Shown here piece by piece: positions 11,353 to 21,558 of a stretch of DNA of 64,000 nt. The notes under the pieces are model-generated. The model was not told the origin of the DNA and searched no databases. It saw only the letters and a program-made list of their open reading frames with translations. Source of the stretch: a virus; IMG/VR virus record IMGVR_UViG_3300028394_000001, positions 1 through 64,000 of that record; one strand, written 5' to 3'. A program made the translations under genes and the position numbers. Numbering within the stretch: position 1 is the first letter of the stretch; every line of letters starts with the position of its first letter.

Positions 11353-12258
11353 ATGGCAACCAGTATTTATTTCAATAACTATAAAGCCAAATACAACGAA
11401 CAGAGGCTCGTTGATGATTTAATTTCCGAATCAATTAAGATTCAAGGCTTTGATGCTTATTATATTCCTAATGATAATGCAATTGCTCGAGACTTATTGT
11501 ATGGTGAAGATCCTGTAAAGAAATTCGTTTCGGCTTTTCCGGTTGAAATGTATTTGTCTAGTGTTATGGGTTCTGAAGGTCAAAAAGATTTCTTTTCTAA
11601 ATTTGGATTAGAGATTCGGAATCAAGTTCATGTTCTAGTTTCACGCAAAGCTTTCAATCAAAGAACACCACAAACAACATATCTAAGACCATTAGAAGGA
11701 GACTTAGTATATGTTCCATTCTTAAATGGTGGTGGAGAATTATATGAAATTAAATATGTTGACCAAAACAAAGATGGTTTTACACTTGGACGAAAAAGTC
11801 CATACTACTATGAGTTGGAAATGGAAAAATTCAAATACTCACAAGAAATTATTTCTACAGGTATGGCAGATATAGATATTGCAGCTTCAGATTCGGCTTA
11901 TCTATTGAATTTACATTTCGATCCAGATATACCGGGAGATCCATATTTGTTAAGAGAACAAGTATTTCAGTCGGTGGACAATCAGATTGGAAATGCAAAT
12001 GCTACAGGAATAGTACAAGGTTACGTTGAAGCAACCGGAATATTGTCAATATCCAATGTTTCAGGAGAATTCTTAATAAGTGCTAATAGTTTACCTGTAA
12101 TTGGTTTAACTAGTGGCGCAGTACATTATTTTGCAGGCGCTGCAATAGATCCTCTTGAAAATCCAAGCCATCTAGAACCATATGCAAACAAATTAATTGA
12201 AACTGGTGCAGATACTTATGTTAATACTACAGAAATTAATCCAATGGGAGGATTATAA
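11353..12258 (+). CDS. gp14: Neck protein
   Basis: LYGEDP, FSKFGLEIR, PLEGDLVY motifs; synteny. Confidence 0.92.
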   Translation: MATSIYFNNYKAKYNEQRLVDDLISESIKIQGFDAYYIPNDNAIARDLLYGEDPVKKFVSAFPVEMYLSSVMGSEGQKDFFSKFGLEIRNQVHVLVSRKAFNQRTPQTTYLRPLEGDLVYVPFLNGGGELYEIKYVDQNKDGFTLGRKSPYYYELEMEKFKYSQEIISTGMADIDIAASDSAYLLNLHFDPDIPGDPYLLREQVFQSVDNQIGNANATGIVQGYVEATGILSISNVSGEFLISANSLPVIGLTSGAVHYFAGAAIDPLENPSHLEPYANKLIETGADTYVNTTEINPMGGL

Positions 12259-13244
12259 TGGCTAGTATTTTTTACAACAGGATGATAAGAAAAATAACAG
12301 TTGCTTTCGGTGACCTTTTTAATAACATAACACTTATTCGTTATAATTCCAATGAAACCGAACAAGAGCGTTTTGTTGTTCCTATTGATTATGCAACTAA
12401 GGAACTTTATGTAATGCGTATTCAGGGTGACCCAAACCTTGACAAAAAGGTTATGATGACTTTACCTAGAATGTCATATGAGATGACTGGTTTGGAATAT
12501 GATTCAACCAGAAAACAAATGACAAACATCAAACATTTTAAACAAAATGGTGATGTAGTAAATGCACAATATGTTCCTGTTCCATATAATTTTGATTTTT
12601 CTTTATATCTCTATGTGAGGAACATTGAAGATGGTAATCAAATTATAGAACATATTTTGCCATATTTTACACCAGACTACACAATTAAAGTTAATATGAT
12701 TCCAGAAATGGGAATCATAAAAGAAGTTCCTGTTATATTAAAAGATACAAAATATGAAGTAACCTATGAGGGCGATTACACATCAGATACAAGAGCTGTT
12801 ATTTGGACATTAAATTTCACTGTCAAAGGTTTTATATTTGGTGCAACAACAACGGCAGGATTAATACAAACTTCTATCACAAATATACTGAACAATATTC
12901 CGGCAGACCAAGATATTATTTTTAATGTTAACTCTGGTGGAAATGGTAGTTATAAAACTAAAGAACTAGTTTATCAAGGCACCAATCCTTCTTTGTCAAC
13001 GGCATCAGGTAAAGTTGTGAAATGGTTACCTGCAAACAATCAATTAACACTAACAGACATTACTGGAAATTTTGTATCAAATAGTTCACCACTTATTGGT
13101 CAAACTTCTAACGCAAAATGGGTTTTTAATTCCTACAATATTGTTCAGAGAGATTATGCAACAATAACAATAACACCAAAACCAACAACCGCAAATGCAA
13201 ATTCAAAATATACATATACGACGGTTATACAGGAAGGTTTATAA
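12258..13244 (+). CDS. gp15: Tail sheath stabilizer / tail terminator
   Basis: AFGDLFNNI, LPRMSYE, QIIEHILPYFTP. Confidence 0.92.
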   Translation: MASIFYNRMIRKITVAFGDLFNNITLIRYNSNETEQERFVVPIDYATKELYVMRIQGDPNLDKKVMMTLPRMSYEMTGLEYDSTRKQMTNIKHFKQNGDVVNAQYVPVPYNFDFSLYLYVRNIEDGNQIIEHILPYFTPDYTIKVNMIPEMGIIKEVPVILKDTKYEVTYEGDYTSDTRAVIWTLNFTVKGFIFGATTTAGLIQTSITNILNNIPADQDIIFNVNSGGNGSYKTKELVYQGTNPSLSTASGKVVKWLPANNQLTLTDITGNFVSNSSPLIGQTSNAKWVFNSYNIVQRDYATITITPKPTTANANSKYTYTTVIQEGL

Positions 13245-13663
13245 TGAATACATTTGAAAAAAACATGGAGCAAATATTTGATATTGCTCCAAAACCAGAA
13301 ACACCTATTGTTCCAAAAAAAGAAACACCAATCTCAATTTTGGATTCAAATTTAGAAGAAGATTTAACGGATGCTTATGAGCAGACTAAGACCAATCTTC
13401 AAGACCTAATTGACCAAGGCAAAGATGCAATGGAAGAAATTTTAAACATTGCAAAAGCGGGTCAACACCCAAGAGCATTTGAAGTGTACGGCGTCCTACT
13501 CAAAAATGTCGTAGATGCAAACAAAGAACTTCTTGCAGTACAGAAACAGATGCGAGAAATGAATAAACAAAATCAACCATCAGGTGCAACTCATATAGAT
13601 AAAGCCATATTTGTTGGTTCAACTTCCGAACTCAACAAGTTAATTAAGGGTAAGAATGATTAA
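13244..13663 (+). CDS. gp16: Terminase small subunit
   Basis: HPRAFEV, FVGSTSEL. Confidence 0.92.
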   Translation: MNTFEKNMEQIFDIAPKPETPIVPKKETPISILDSNLEEDLTDAYEQTKTNLQDLIDQGKDAMEEILNIAKAGQHPRAFEVYGVLLKNVVDANKELLAVQKQMREMNKQNQPSGATHIDKAIFVGSTSELNKLIKGKND

Positions 13664-15335
13664 TAAAGATTCATATCGTGACAATCCTCTGCTGAAAAAA
13701 GCAGGGGTGCAAATGAAGTTCTCTAAAGAACAGGTAGAAGAATATATGAAGTGTGCAAAGGATCCAGTATACTTTGCAGAAAAATACATCAAGATTGTCA
13801 ACGTCGACCAAGGTCTGATGCCATTCAATATGTGGCCGTTCCAGAAAGACATGATTCGTTTATACCATGAGAATCGTTTTGCCATCACAAAATGTCCTCG
13901 ACAGGTTGGCAAGACAACAACCTCGGTAGCATATCTTCTCTGGTTGACACTGTTTACAGACTCACAGAACATTGCAGTCCTGGCGAACAAGGGATCACTT
14001 GCAAGAGACATTCTGGCTAAGTATCAGTTGGCTTATGAGAATCTTCCAATGTGGTTGCAACAGGGCATCATTACCTGGAATAAAGGTAATGTTGAATTAG
14101 AAAATGGTTCTAAGATTATTGCCGCATCTACTTCATCATCCGCAGTTCGTGGAGGTTCTTTTAACGTAGTATTCTTGGATGAATTTGCTTTCGTTCCTGC
14201 AAACATTGCAAATGAATTCTTTAACTCAGTTTATCCTGTTATCTCATCTGGTAAATCTACTAAGATTATCATTGTGTCTACACCAAACGGCATGAATCTG
14301 TTCTACAAATTGTGGATGGATGCAATTGCTAAGAAAAATGGATATAAGACTTTCTCTATTCATTGGTCTATGGTACCAGGTCGTGATGAAAAGTGGAAAG
14401 AAGAAACAATTAAGAACACCTCACTCGAACAGTTTAGGCAAGAATTTGAATGTGAGTTCTTAGGTTCTACAAATACTTTGATTTCAGGTGAGAAACTGCA
14501 ACAATTGGCATACATGGATGCCATCTATGAACACGACAAGGTTAAAATATACGAACAACCTATCAAAGAGTCTGACGGTGATAACCAAAAAGACCATTTG
14601 TATGCAATGACGGTTGACGTTTCTGAAGGTAGAAACATGGACTGTTCAGCCTTCAATGTTATTGATATTTCACATACACCATATAAACAAGTTGCAACAT
14701 ACCACAGTTCATCTATATCACCAGTATTATTTCCAACTGTAATCTATAACACTGCAAAATTGTATAACGATGCCTATGTCCTAGTTGAAATTAATAATAC
14801 ACCGCAGGTGGCTGAAACTTTACACAACGATTTGGAATATGAGAATCTTTGGAAAGTATTTACAGGTAACAAGAAACCACAACAACTATCGGCAGGATTT
14901 GCAAGAGGCATTCAGATGGGTCTGAAAATGTCACCTCAAGTCAAACGAATTGGTTGTTCAAATCTTAAAATGCTAATTGAGGGTGATAAACTTTTAATCA
15001 ACGATTTTGATACTATTTCTGAATTTACCACTTTTGTTGCAGAGAAAAACTCTTTTCAAGCTGAAGAAGGTGCAAATGATGATTTAGTTATGTCTTTGGT
15101 AATTTTTGCATGGTTGACCACTCAAACTTACTTCAAAGAAATTGTAAGCCACGACATTCGTAAACAAATTCAATTGGAAAGAATGAATCAGGTTGACGAT
15201 GAAGGATTACCAGAAATGATAATGGATGACGGTAGACAAACGGAACTTGAATTGATAGGTGGTGATTTATGGGACTCTAGTGTTGGCGGAGATACCTATG
15301 GTTCTTTCACGCGAGACATGCTCAGAAATATGTAA
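13656..15335 (+). CDS. gp17: Terminase large subunit
   Basis: Walker A PRQVGKTT, LDEFAF, VSTPNG, DDLVM. Confidence 0.97.
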   Translation: MINKDSYRDNPLLKKAGVQMKFSKEQVEEYMKCAKDPVYFAEKYIKIVNVDQGLMPFNMWPFQKDMIRLYHENRFAITKCPRQVGKTTTSVAYLLWLTLFTDSQNIAVLANKGSLARDILAKYQLAYENLPMWLQQGIITWNKGNVELENGSKIIAASTSSSAVRGGSFNVVFLDEFAFVPANIANEFFNSVYPVISSGKSTKIIIVSTPNGMNLFYKLWMDAIAKKNGYKTFSIHWSMVPGRDEKWKEETIKNTSLEQFRQEFECEFLGSTNTLISGEKLQQLAYMDAIYEHDKVKIYEQPIKESDGDNQKDHLYAMTVDVSEGRNMDCSAFNVIDISHTPYKQVATYHSSSISPVLFPTVIYNTAKLYNDAYVLVEINNTPQVAETLHNDLEYENLWKVFTGNKKPQQLSAGFARGIQMGLKMSPQVKRIGCSNLKMLIEGDKLLINDFDTISEFTTFVAEKNSFQAEEGANDDLVMSLVIFAWLTTQTYFKEIVSHDIRKQIQLERMNQVDDEGLPEMIMDDGRQTELELIGGDLWDSSVGGDTYGSFTRDMLRNM

Positions 15336-15407
15336 AAATTATGTTTCATAAATAATTCATTGGTATAAACTGCCAAACATCAGAACAATATTAAGGAGAA
15401 GACACAA

Positions 15408-17174
15408 ATGGCGCAAATAGCTCAATTATCTCCAGGCGTAATTACAACCGAAACCAACTTAACAACAGTTGTTCCTTCAGTTTTAACTACAGCCGGTGCG
15501 TATGCTGGAGCCTTCAAATGGGGACCAGGAAAAACAATTACAACAGTTGACAGTGAAAAAACACTTGTTGACATTTTCGATGAACCTGATTCCAACACAG
15601 CATCTTCTTGGCATACCGCTGCAGCTTTCTTAGCTTACGGTAACAATCTTCAAGTTGTTCGTGCAGTTAATGCTGGAACCTTAAATGCAGTTTCCATCAC
15701 ACCAGCGGTTCAAGTTCCCAATAAAGAAGCATTTCAATATACATTATTGAATGGCCTTAATGGAAATGCTTATGGTCCATTTATGGCAAGATATCCAGGC
15801 GCTCTTGGTAATTCATTGACAGTTTCTGTTGCTGACGCTGGCGCATCCGCAGGTGCATATGCTTCTTGGAATATTGCATTATATAATGCAGCTGGAACAA
15901 ATTATTCAAATGTTGCATTGTCAGGTTATTTCAATAGTGCTCCCACCACAGGTTATAATACTTCAATAGTTGGTGGCGCTAATGACCAGATTCACATTGC
16001 TGTCATTGATACTGGTGGTTTAATTTCTGGCACAAAAGGTACAGTCTTAGAAACCTTCTCTTATCTTTCTAAAGCAGCTGATTCTTTAGATTCATCAGGA
16101 CAATCAAACTACTACAAAAAAGCAATTTTTAATAGTTCAAAATATATTTACGCAGTTGACCCAGTAACTTTTATCAATACGAACGGAACATGGGGAAGAA
16201 ATGCAGCAAATACGAATTTTGACACTGTTGGAATAGTAACGTCAACTTTAGCTGGTGGAATTGATACACCTGTAACTGACTCTGATGTTATTGTTGCAAT
16301 GGCGAATTTCACAGACGTTGCACAAACATCTATTTCATTAATAGTAACAGGTCCATATACAAATACAGCAGTTCAAACAGCAGCTATTAACATGGCTGCA
16401 ACTCGTAAAGATTGTGTTGCATTTGTTTCTCCGCCGTATGCTGCAGTTGTTAATAATTCAGGAAGTGAACAAACTTCTGTTGCAACTTGGATGTCAGGCC
16501 TTTCTTCATTAGCAGGCGGACCAGTTGGTTCTTATGCATTTGCAGATTCTGGATGGAAATACACATTTGATCGTTATAATAACAACTATATTTGGGTTCC
16601 ATTAAATGGCGACATTGCAGGATTGTGTGTAAACACGGATCAAGCAGCAAGTCCATGGTTCTCGCCAGCTGGTTATTCTCGCGGTGTTATCAAGAATGTT
16701 ATTAAATTAGCATGGAATCCAACACAAACAAGTAGAGATTATCTATATCGAAGTGCTGTCAATCCAGTTGTTTCATTCCCAGGATCAGGTACAGTATTGT
16801 TTGGTGATAAAACCATGCAGACTCAACCTTCCGCATTTGACCGTATCAATGTTCGTAGGCTCTTTATTGTTCTTGAACAAGCAATTGCACGAGCAGCTCA
16901 ATTCTCACTATTTGAATTTAACGATGCGTTTACACAAGCACAATTTGTTTCGTTGATAACACCTTATCTTCGTGATGTTCAAGCGCAAAGAGGTATCACT
17001 TCATTTCAAGTTGTTTGTGATTCAACAAATAACACCCCTTCTGTTATTAATAATAATCAGTTTGTTGGTGATGTTTACATTCAACCTGCTCGTTCTATTA
17101 ACTATATTCAGTTGAATTTTGTTGCAGTTGGTACTGGTGTTAATTTCACAACAATTACTAACACCACAGCGTAA
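15408..17174 (+). CDS. gp18: Tail sheath protein
   Basis: LSPGV, PWFSPAG, FDRINVRRLF. Confidence 0.96.
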   Translation: MAQIAQLSPGVITTETNLTTVVPSVLTTAGAYAGAFKWGPGKTITTVDSEKTLVDIFDEPDSNTASSWHTAAAFLAYGNNLQVVRAVNAGTLNAVSITPAVQVPNKEAFQYTLLNGLNGNAYGPFMARYPGALGNSLTVSVADAGASAGAYASWNIALYNAAGTNYSNVALSGYFNSAPTTGYNTSIVGGANDQIHIAVIDTGGLISGTKGTVLETFSYLSKAADSLDSSGQSNYYKKAIFNSSKYIYAVDPVTFINTNGTWGRNAANTNFDTVGIVTSTLAGGIDTPVTDSDVIVAMANFTDVAQTSISLIVTGPYTNTAVQTAAINMAATRKDCVAFVSPPYAAVVNNSGSEQTSVATWMSGLSSLAGGPVGSYAFADSGWKYTFDRYNNNYIWVPLNGDIAGLCVNTDQAASPWFSPAGYSRGVIKNVIKLAWNPTQTSRDYLYRSAVNPVVSFPGSGTVLFGDKTMQTQPSAFDRINVRRLFIVLEQAIARAAQFSLFEFNDAFTQAQFVSLITPYLRDVQAQRGITSFQVVCDSTNNTPSVINNNQFVGDVYIQPARSINYIQLNFVAVGTGVNFTTITNTTA

Positions 17175-17204
17175 TAAATAAACTAACAAATAGAGGAGAA
17201 AAAA

Positions 17205-17792
17205 ATGACGTTTGCAATTAGTAACTTCACATCAAAATTAGCGGGGGATGGAGCTCGTCCAAATTTATTTCAAGTTGTTATGGAAGGATTACCTGATGAC
17301 GTAGGATCTGCAGCATCAGGTCCTTTTTCGTTCATGGTTAAATCAGCGCAATTACCTGGATCAACTTTAGGTATAGTACCAATATTCTATCAAGGCCGCG
17401 AAATAAAATTTGCAGGCAATAGAACTTTTGCGGACTGGACAGTAACAGTTATAAATGATGAAGATTTTAGAATCAGAAATTCTATTGAAAAATGGATGAA
17501 TAGTATTAATTCCCATGAAGCGAACATTAGAAATGTTGCGTCTGCGGGATTAAAAGGTGCTGTTGCTAATAACCAAAAATACACACTCGAGGCTAAAGTT
17601 AACCAATATGGTAAAGATGGCAACATTAGCAAACCAATAAAAACATATAACTTTGTTGGTATGTTTCCTGTTGATTTGTCACCAATTGATTTAGATTGGG
17701 GAACAAATGATACAATTGAAGAATTTACTGTTACTTTTGCATATCAATACTGGAGTACTGCCACGGCAGCCGGCGTTGCTATAACAACCTAA
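17205..17792 (+). CDS. gp19: Tail tube protein
   Basis: GARPNLF, WTVTVINDEDF, IEEFTVTFAYQYW. Confidence 0.96.
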   Translation: MTFAISNFTSKLAGDGARPNLFQVVMEGLPDDVGSAASGPFSFMVKSAQLPGSTLGIVPIFYQGREIKFAGNRTFADWTVTVINDEDFRIRNSIEKWMNSINSHEANIRNVASAGLKGAVANNQKYTLEAKVNQYGKDGNISKPIKTYNFVGMFPVDLSPIDLDWGTNDTIEEFTVTFAYQYWSTATAAGVAITT

Positions 17793-17807
17793 TTTGGTCT
17801 ACTATAT

Positions 17808-17830
17808 AAAGAGGACTTCGGTCCTCTTTT
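17808..17830 (+). terminator. Intrinsic terminator with a cUUCGg loop
   Basis: GAGGAC-TTCG-GTCCTC followed by TTTT. Confidence 0.9.
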
Positions 17831-17858
17831 AATGATTTTTTGAACGGACTTAAAATAA

Positions 17859-19529
17859 ATGGCAAATAAATTTTCACTTTTTGGTTTCACAATATCTCGT
17901 CAAGAGAATGAAAACAAACAAGATTCACAACAATCATTCTCACCTCCGAGTAATGATGATGGTGCATTAACAATTACATCTGCCGCATATTATGGAACTT
18001 ATGTTGATTTAGATGGAACAGCAAAAAATGAAGTTGAATTAATTTCTCGGTATCGTGAAATGGCAATGCAACCAGAAATTGAATCTGCTATTGACGATAT
18101 TGTAAATGAAGCAATATGCCAAGATGATGATGGCAAAAATATTCAGATTATTTTAGACGACCTAGAACAACCTGATAAAATTAAGAAGGCCATCAAAGAC
18201 GAATTTAGTACTATTTTGCGTATGTTAAATTATACGAAAATGGCACAAGACATATTTCGTAGATACTACATTGATGGTAAACTCTTTTATCATATCATTA
18301 TTGACCGTGAAGAACCAACTAAGGGTATTAGAGAGTTAAGATATATTGACCCACGAAAAATGCGTAAGGTTCGTGAAGTCAAAAAACAAAAAGATGAGCG
18401 CACTGGCGTAGAAGTTATGAATGTTGTGAATGAGTATTACATTTATAACGATAAAGTAACTACAGGGAGCTCGACAAACTATGGTCCAGTTGGTACAAGA
18501 ATTACTACAGATTCCGTGGTTTCTGTGGTTTCTGGTCTTATGGATTCTCGTAGGGCTGTTGTCTTATCTTATTTACATAAAGCAATCAAACCGTTAAATC
18601 AACTGCGTATGATTGAAGATGCAACAGTCATCTATCGTATATCTAGAGCACCTGAACGCCGTATTTTCTATATTGATGTGGGCAATTTACCTAAGTTGAA
18701 AGCAGAACAATATCTGCGGGACATTATGGTCAAGTATAAGAACAAATTGGTGTATGATGCCAACACGGGCGAAATTCGTGATGACCGTAAATTTCTTTCT
18801 ATGATGGAAGACTTTTGGTTACCTCGCAGAGAAGGTGGTAAAGGTACAGAGATTACTACACTTCCAGGTGGTCAAAACCTAGGTGAGCTAGAAGACGTTA
18901 AGTATTTTGAAAAGAAACTATATAAGTCATTGAATGTTCCTGTGTCCAGGTTAGATCCTAATCAATCTGGGTTCTCTTTAGGCCGTGTTGGCGAGATTAC
19001 CCGTGATGAATTAAAGTTTGCTAAGTTTGTTGGACGCATGAGAGGTAGATTCTCAGATTTGTTTGACCAATGCCTAAGAGTGCAATGTGTACTTAAAGGT
19101 ATCTGTACAGATGATGAATGGAAAATGTTCAGAGAACATATTCATTACAATTTCATCAAAGATAATAACTTCACTGAGCTTAAAGAAGCTGAGTTGATGA
19201 AAGAAAGATTATCATTGTTAGGTGAAGTTGATCCATATACTGGTAGATACTTCTCTCAGGCTTGGATTCAAAGAAACGTATTGCGCTTGGATGACGATGA
19301 AATCAAAGTCATGCAAGGCGAAATGGAAAAAGAAAAAGAAGCAGGATTTGGATTGCCAGTCGGAGTTACTACAGATGTTGCACAACAACAAATGTTAGGA
19401 CAACTAGATATGGAGAAGAATGCTCACCAGGCGGACCTAGATAAGAGTGTCAACCAGGCAAAAGAGAAAAATCCAAAAAATGAAGATTATAAACCGGTTT
19501 TAGAAGTAGTTAAAAGAACACTAAGTTAA
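17859..19529 (+). CDS. gp20: Portal protein
   Basis: YRISRAPERRIFYIDVGNLP, EDFWLPRREGG. Confidence 0.97.
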   Translation: MANKFSLFGFTISRQENENKQDSQQSFSPPSNDDGALTITSAAYYGTYVDLDGTAKNEVELISRYREMAMQPEIESAIDDIVNEAICQDDDGKNIQIILDDLEQPDKIKKAIKDEFSTILRMLNYTKMAQDIFRRYYIDGKLFYHIIIDREEPTKGIRELRYIDPRKMRKVREVKKQKDERTGVEVMNVVNEYYIYNDKVTTGSSTNYGPVGTRITTDSVVSVVSGLMDSRRAVVLSYLHKAIKPLNQLRMIEDATVIYRISRAPERRIFYIDVGNLPKLKAEQYLRDIMVKYKNKLVYDANTGEIRDDRKFLSMMEDFWLPRREGGKGTEITTLPGGQNLGELEDVKYFEKKLYKSLNVPVSRLDPNQSGFSLGRVGEITRDELKFAKFVGRMRGRFSDLFDQCLRVQCVLKGICTDDEWKMFREHIHYNFIKDNNFTELKEAELMKERLSLLGEVDPYTGRYFSQAWIQRNVLRLDDDEIKVMQGEMEKEKEAGFGLPVGVTTDVAQQQMLGQLDMEKNAHQADLDKSVNQAKEKNPKNEDYKPVLEVVKRTLS

Positions 19530-19541
19530 TAGGAGATAAAA

Positions 19542-20306
19542 ATGGACGCAACAAGAAATTTAATCGATTACGCAATGGATAGCAACGGTGTGGAATTTCG
19601 TAACGAACTTTACGCTTCTATTCATGATAGAGTGACTGCTGCTATTGAAGCAAAGAAACAAGAGATTGCTGGCAATTTAGTCAGACAGGAAGCTAAAGAA
19701 GAAAAAGAAGAAGGTGCGGGCCACGAAAAATCTGAAAAGAAGATGATGAAATCTTTGGATAAAAACGGCGACGGTAAGCACACTAAGGCTGACCACCAAA
19801 TGGAATCAGTGGAACCTTTAGATGAAGGCAAAATGGAAAAAATGACACTTTCCGGCCTATGGCACAAACACGGTAACGAATCTTACCATGCAGACCAAGG
19901 TTATGGTATTGGTGCAGGAAGTATGAAAAATAGTAGTCATGCTGCAACAGCTATTGAAAACCATGTTCGTAAACATTATGGAAATAAAGTTGCTGATGAT
20001 ATGGTATCACACTCCGACCACAGCGTTGCTCATGCAGAATATGCTGGTCCAGGTGAATCAGAACATCACGAAAAAGAAGCTGAAAAATTAAGAAAGAAAC
20101 ATGGAATTGGCGGTTCACTTCACGGTGAATCATACGTTAGAGAAGAATCTAATGATGAAAAAGATGAAAAGAAAGAAGAACCAAAGAAACCTAATGCTTT
20201 CACAATGAAGAGCAAAGGTCCTTCTGAGTTTGCAAAATCTTCTTCTGGTGGTAAAACAAAAGAAACAAAAACTGGACGCACACATAGCAGCGGCGACAGA
20301 TACTAA
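19542..20306 (+). CDS. Prohead core protein-like (gp67 position) with a His/Lys/Glu-rich extension
   Basis: Directly after the portal gene; charged, low-complexity sequence. Confidence 0.55.
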   Translation: MDATRNLIDYAMDSNGVEFRNELYASIHDRVTAAIEAKKQEIAGNLVRQEAKEEKEEGAGHEKSEKKMMKSLDKNGDGKHTKADHQMESVEPLDEGKMEKMTLSGLWHKHGNESYHADQGYGIGAGSMKNSSHAATAIENHVRKHYGNKVADDMVSHSDHSVAHAEYAGPGESEHHEKEAEKLRKKHGIGGSLHGESYVREESNDEKDEKKEEPKKPNAFTMKSKGPSEFAKSSSGGKTKETKTGRTHSSGDRY

Positions 20307-20320
20307 AATTGGATTAAAAA

Positions 20321-20875
20321 ATGGCAAATGCTTATACATATCAAGTCTTAAAAGACGACACTCAACATGCTGTTATTAAATTAACAGCTAAATTTGATGG
20401 TACTGGCCAAGAGTCTAATACTGTAAGAATACAAGCAAACACACTTTCTGGTGCTTTGGCAACCAATGGTTATCCTGTTGCAAACACACAAGGTGGTTCA
20501 GCAAATACAACACTACCATATTATGGACTTTCTTTGTATCGTTTATGGTATGATTGTGCAAGTTCAACTACAGCTGATGTTGAATTATTTTGGCAAGCAA
20601 CCACACCACAAACAATATTCTTTTTGAATGGTAATGGTGAATATGACGGCAACGGCAATTGGATTACTATTCCAAATAACACACAAGGAACAACTAATGC
20701 AAATGGAAATATTGGCATTGTAACTCGCGGAATGTTAGCAAATGATTCATATACAATTATCATGGAACTACGCAAACACAATGAATTTTATTCACGCGGA
20801 CAGTTCAGAGATCCTGCAGCGTTTAACTATACGCCTTATGGTCTAACACCTGGCGGCAACAACGGAATAGGTTAA
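20321..20875 (+). CDS. Hypothetical head-region protein
   Basis: ORF tightly packed before the protease gene. Confidence 0.6.
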   Translation: MANAYTYQVLKDDTQHAVIKLTAKFDGTGQESNTVRIQANTLSGALATNGYPVANTQGGSANTTLPYYGLSLYRLWYDCASSTTADVELFWQATTPQTIFFLNGNGEYDGNGNWITIPNNTQGTTNANGNIGIVTRGMLANDSYTIIMELRKHNEFYSRGQFRDPAAFNYTPYGLTPGGNNGIG

Positions 20876-20876
20876 T

Positions 20877-21521
20877 ATGAAATTAATTAAAGAAATCCAA
20901 GAAACAGTTAATTATATTACCGAAGGTAAAGACGGTGAAAAAGAACTGTACATAGAAGGACCTTTTCTTGTTTCCGAAAAGAAAAATAAGAATGGGCGCC
21001 TGTACGAATTCAATACAATGAAAAAAGAAGTGTATCGTTATACCACAGAATACATCAACAAAAATCGTGCATTTGGTGAACTGGGACATCCAGATTCACC
21101 TACAATTAATTTAGACCGTGTATCACACATGATTGTTGGATTGCGTGAAGACGGTACTCAATGGATCGGTAAAGCAAAAATTATGGCAACTCCTATGGGG
21201 AATATCGCTCGTCAATTAATTGAGGGTGGTGCTTCACTAGGTGTTTCATCAAGAGGCATGGGATCACTGAAGAATGTTAACGGTGTTAATGTTGTTCAAT
21301 CCGATTTTTATCTGGCCACAGCGGCGGATATTGTAGCAGACCCTTCTGCACCTGGAGCTTTCGTTCAAGGTATCATGGAAGGAAAAGAATGGATGTTGGT
21401 TGATGGTGTTTGGACTGAAGTAGACCACGCAGAAGCAGTAAGAGAAATCAGAAAAGCTTCTTCAGCGGAAATCGAGGCAGTAAGTCTTCGCATATTTGAA
21501 AACTTCGTCAAAAAACTTTAA
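20877..21521 (+). CDS. gp21: Prohead protease
   Basis: GELGHP, GVSSRGMGSL, DIVADPSAPGAFV. Confidence 0.96.
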   Translation: MKLIKEIQETVNYITEGKDGEKELYIEGPFLVSEKKNKNGRLYEFNTMKKEVYRYTTEYINKNRAFGELGHPDSPTINLDRVSHMIVGLREDGTQWIGKAKIMATPMGNIARQLIEGGASLGVSSRGMGSLKNVNGVNVVQSDFYLATAADIVADPSAPGAFVQGIMEGKEWMLVDGVWTEVDHAEAVREIRKASSAEIEAVSLRIFENFVKKL

Positions 21522-21523
21522 TC

Positions 21524-21531
21524 TATAAATA
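21524..21531 (+). promoter_or_regulatory. T4-type late promoter
   Basis: TATAAATA upstream of gp22; NNTAAATA variants precede gp13, gp18, gp19, gp23 and the 24211 ORF. Confidence 0.8.
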
Positions 21532-21558
21532 AATAATCAAAATCAAGGAGATTTTTAA

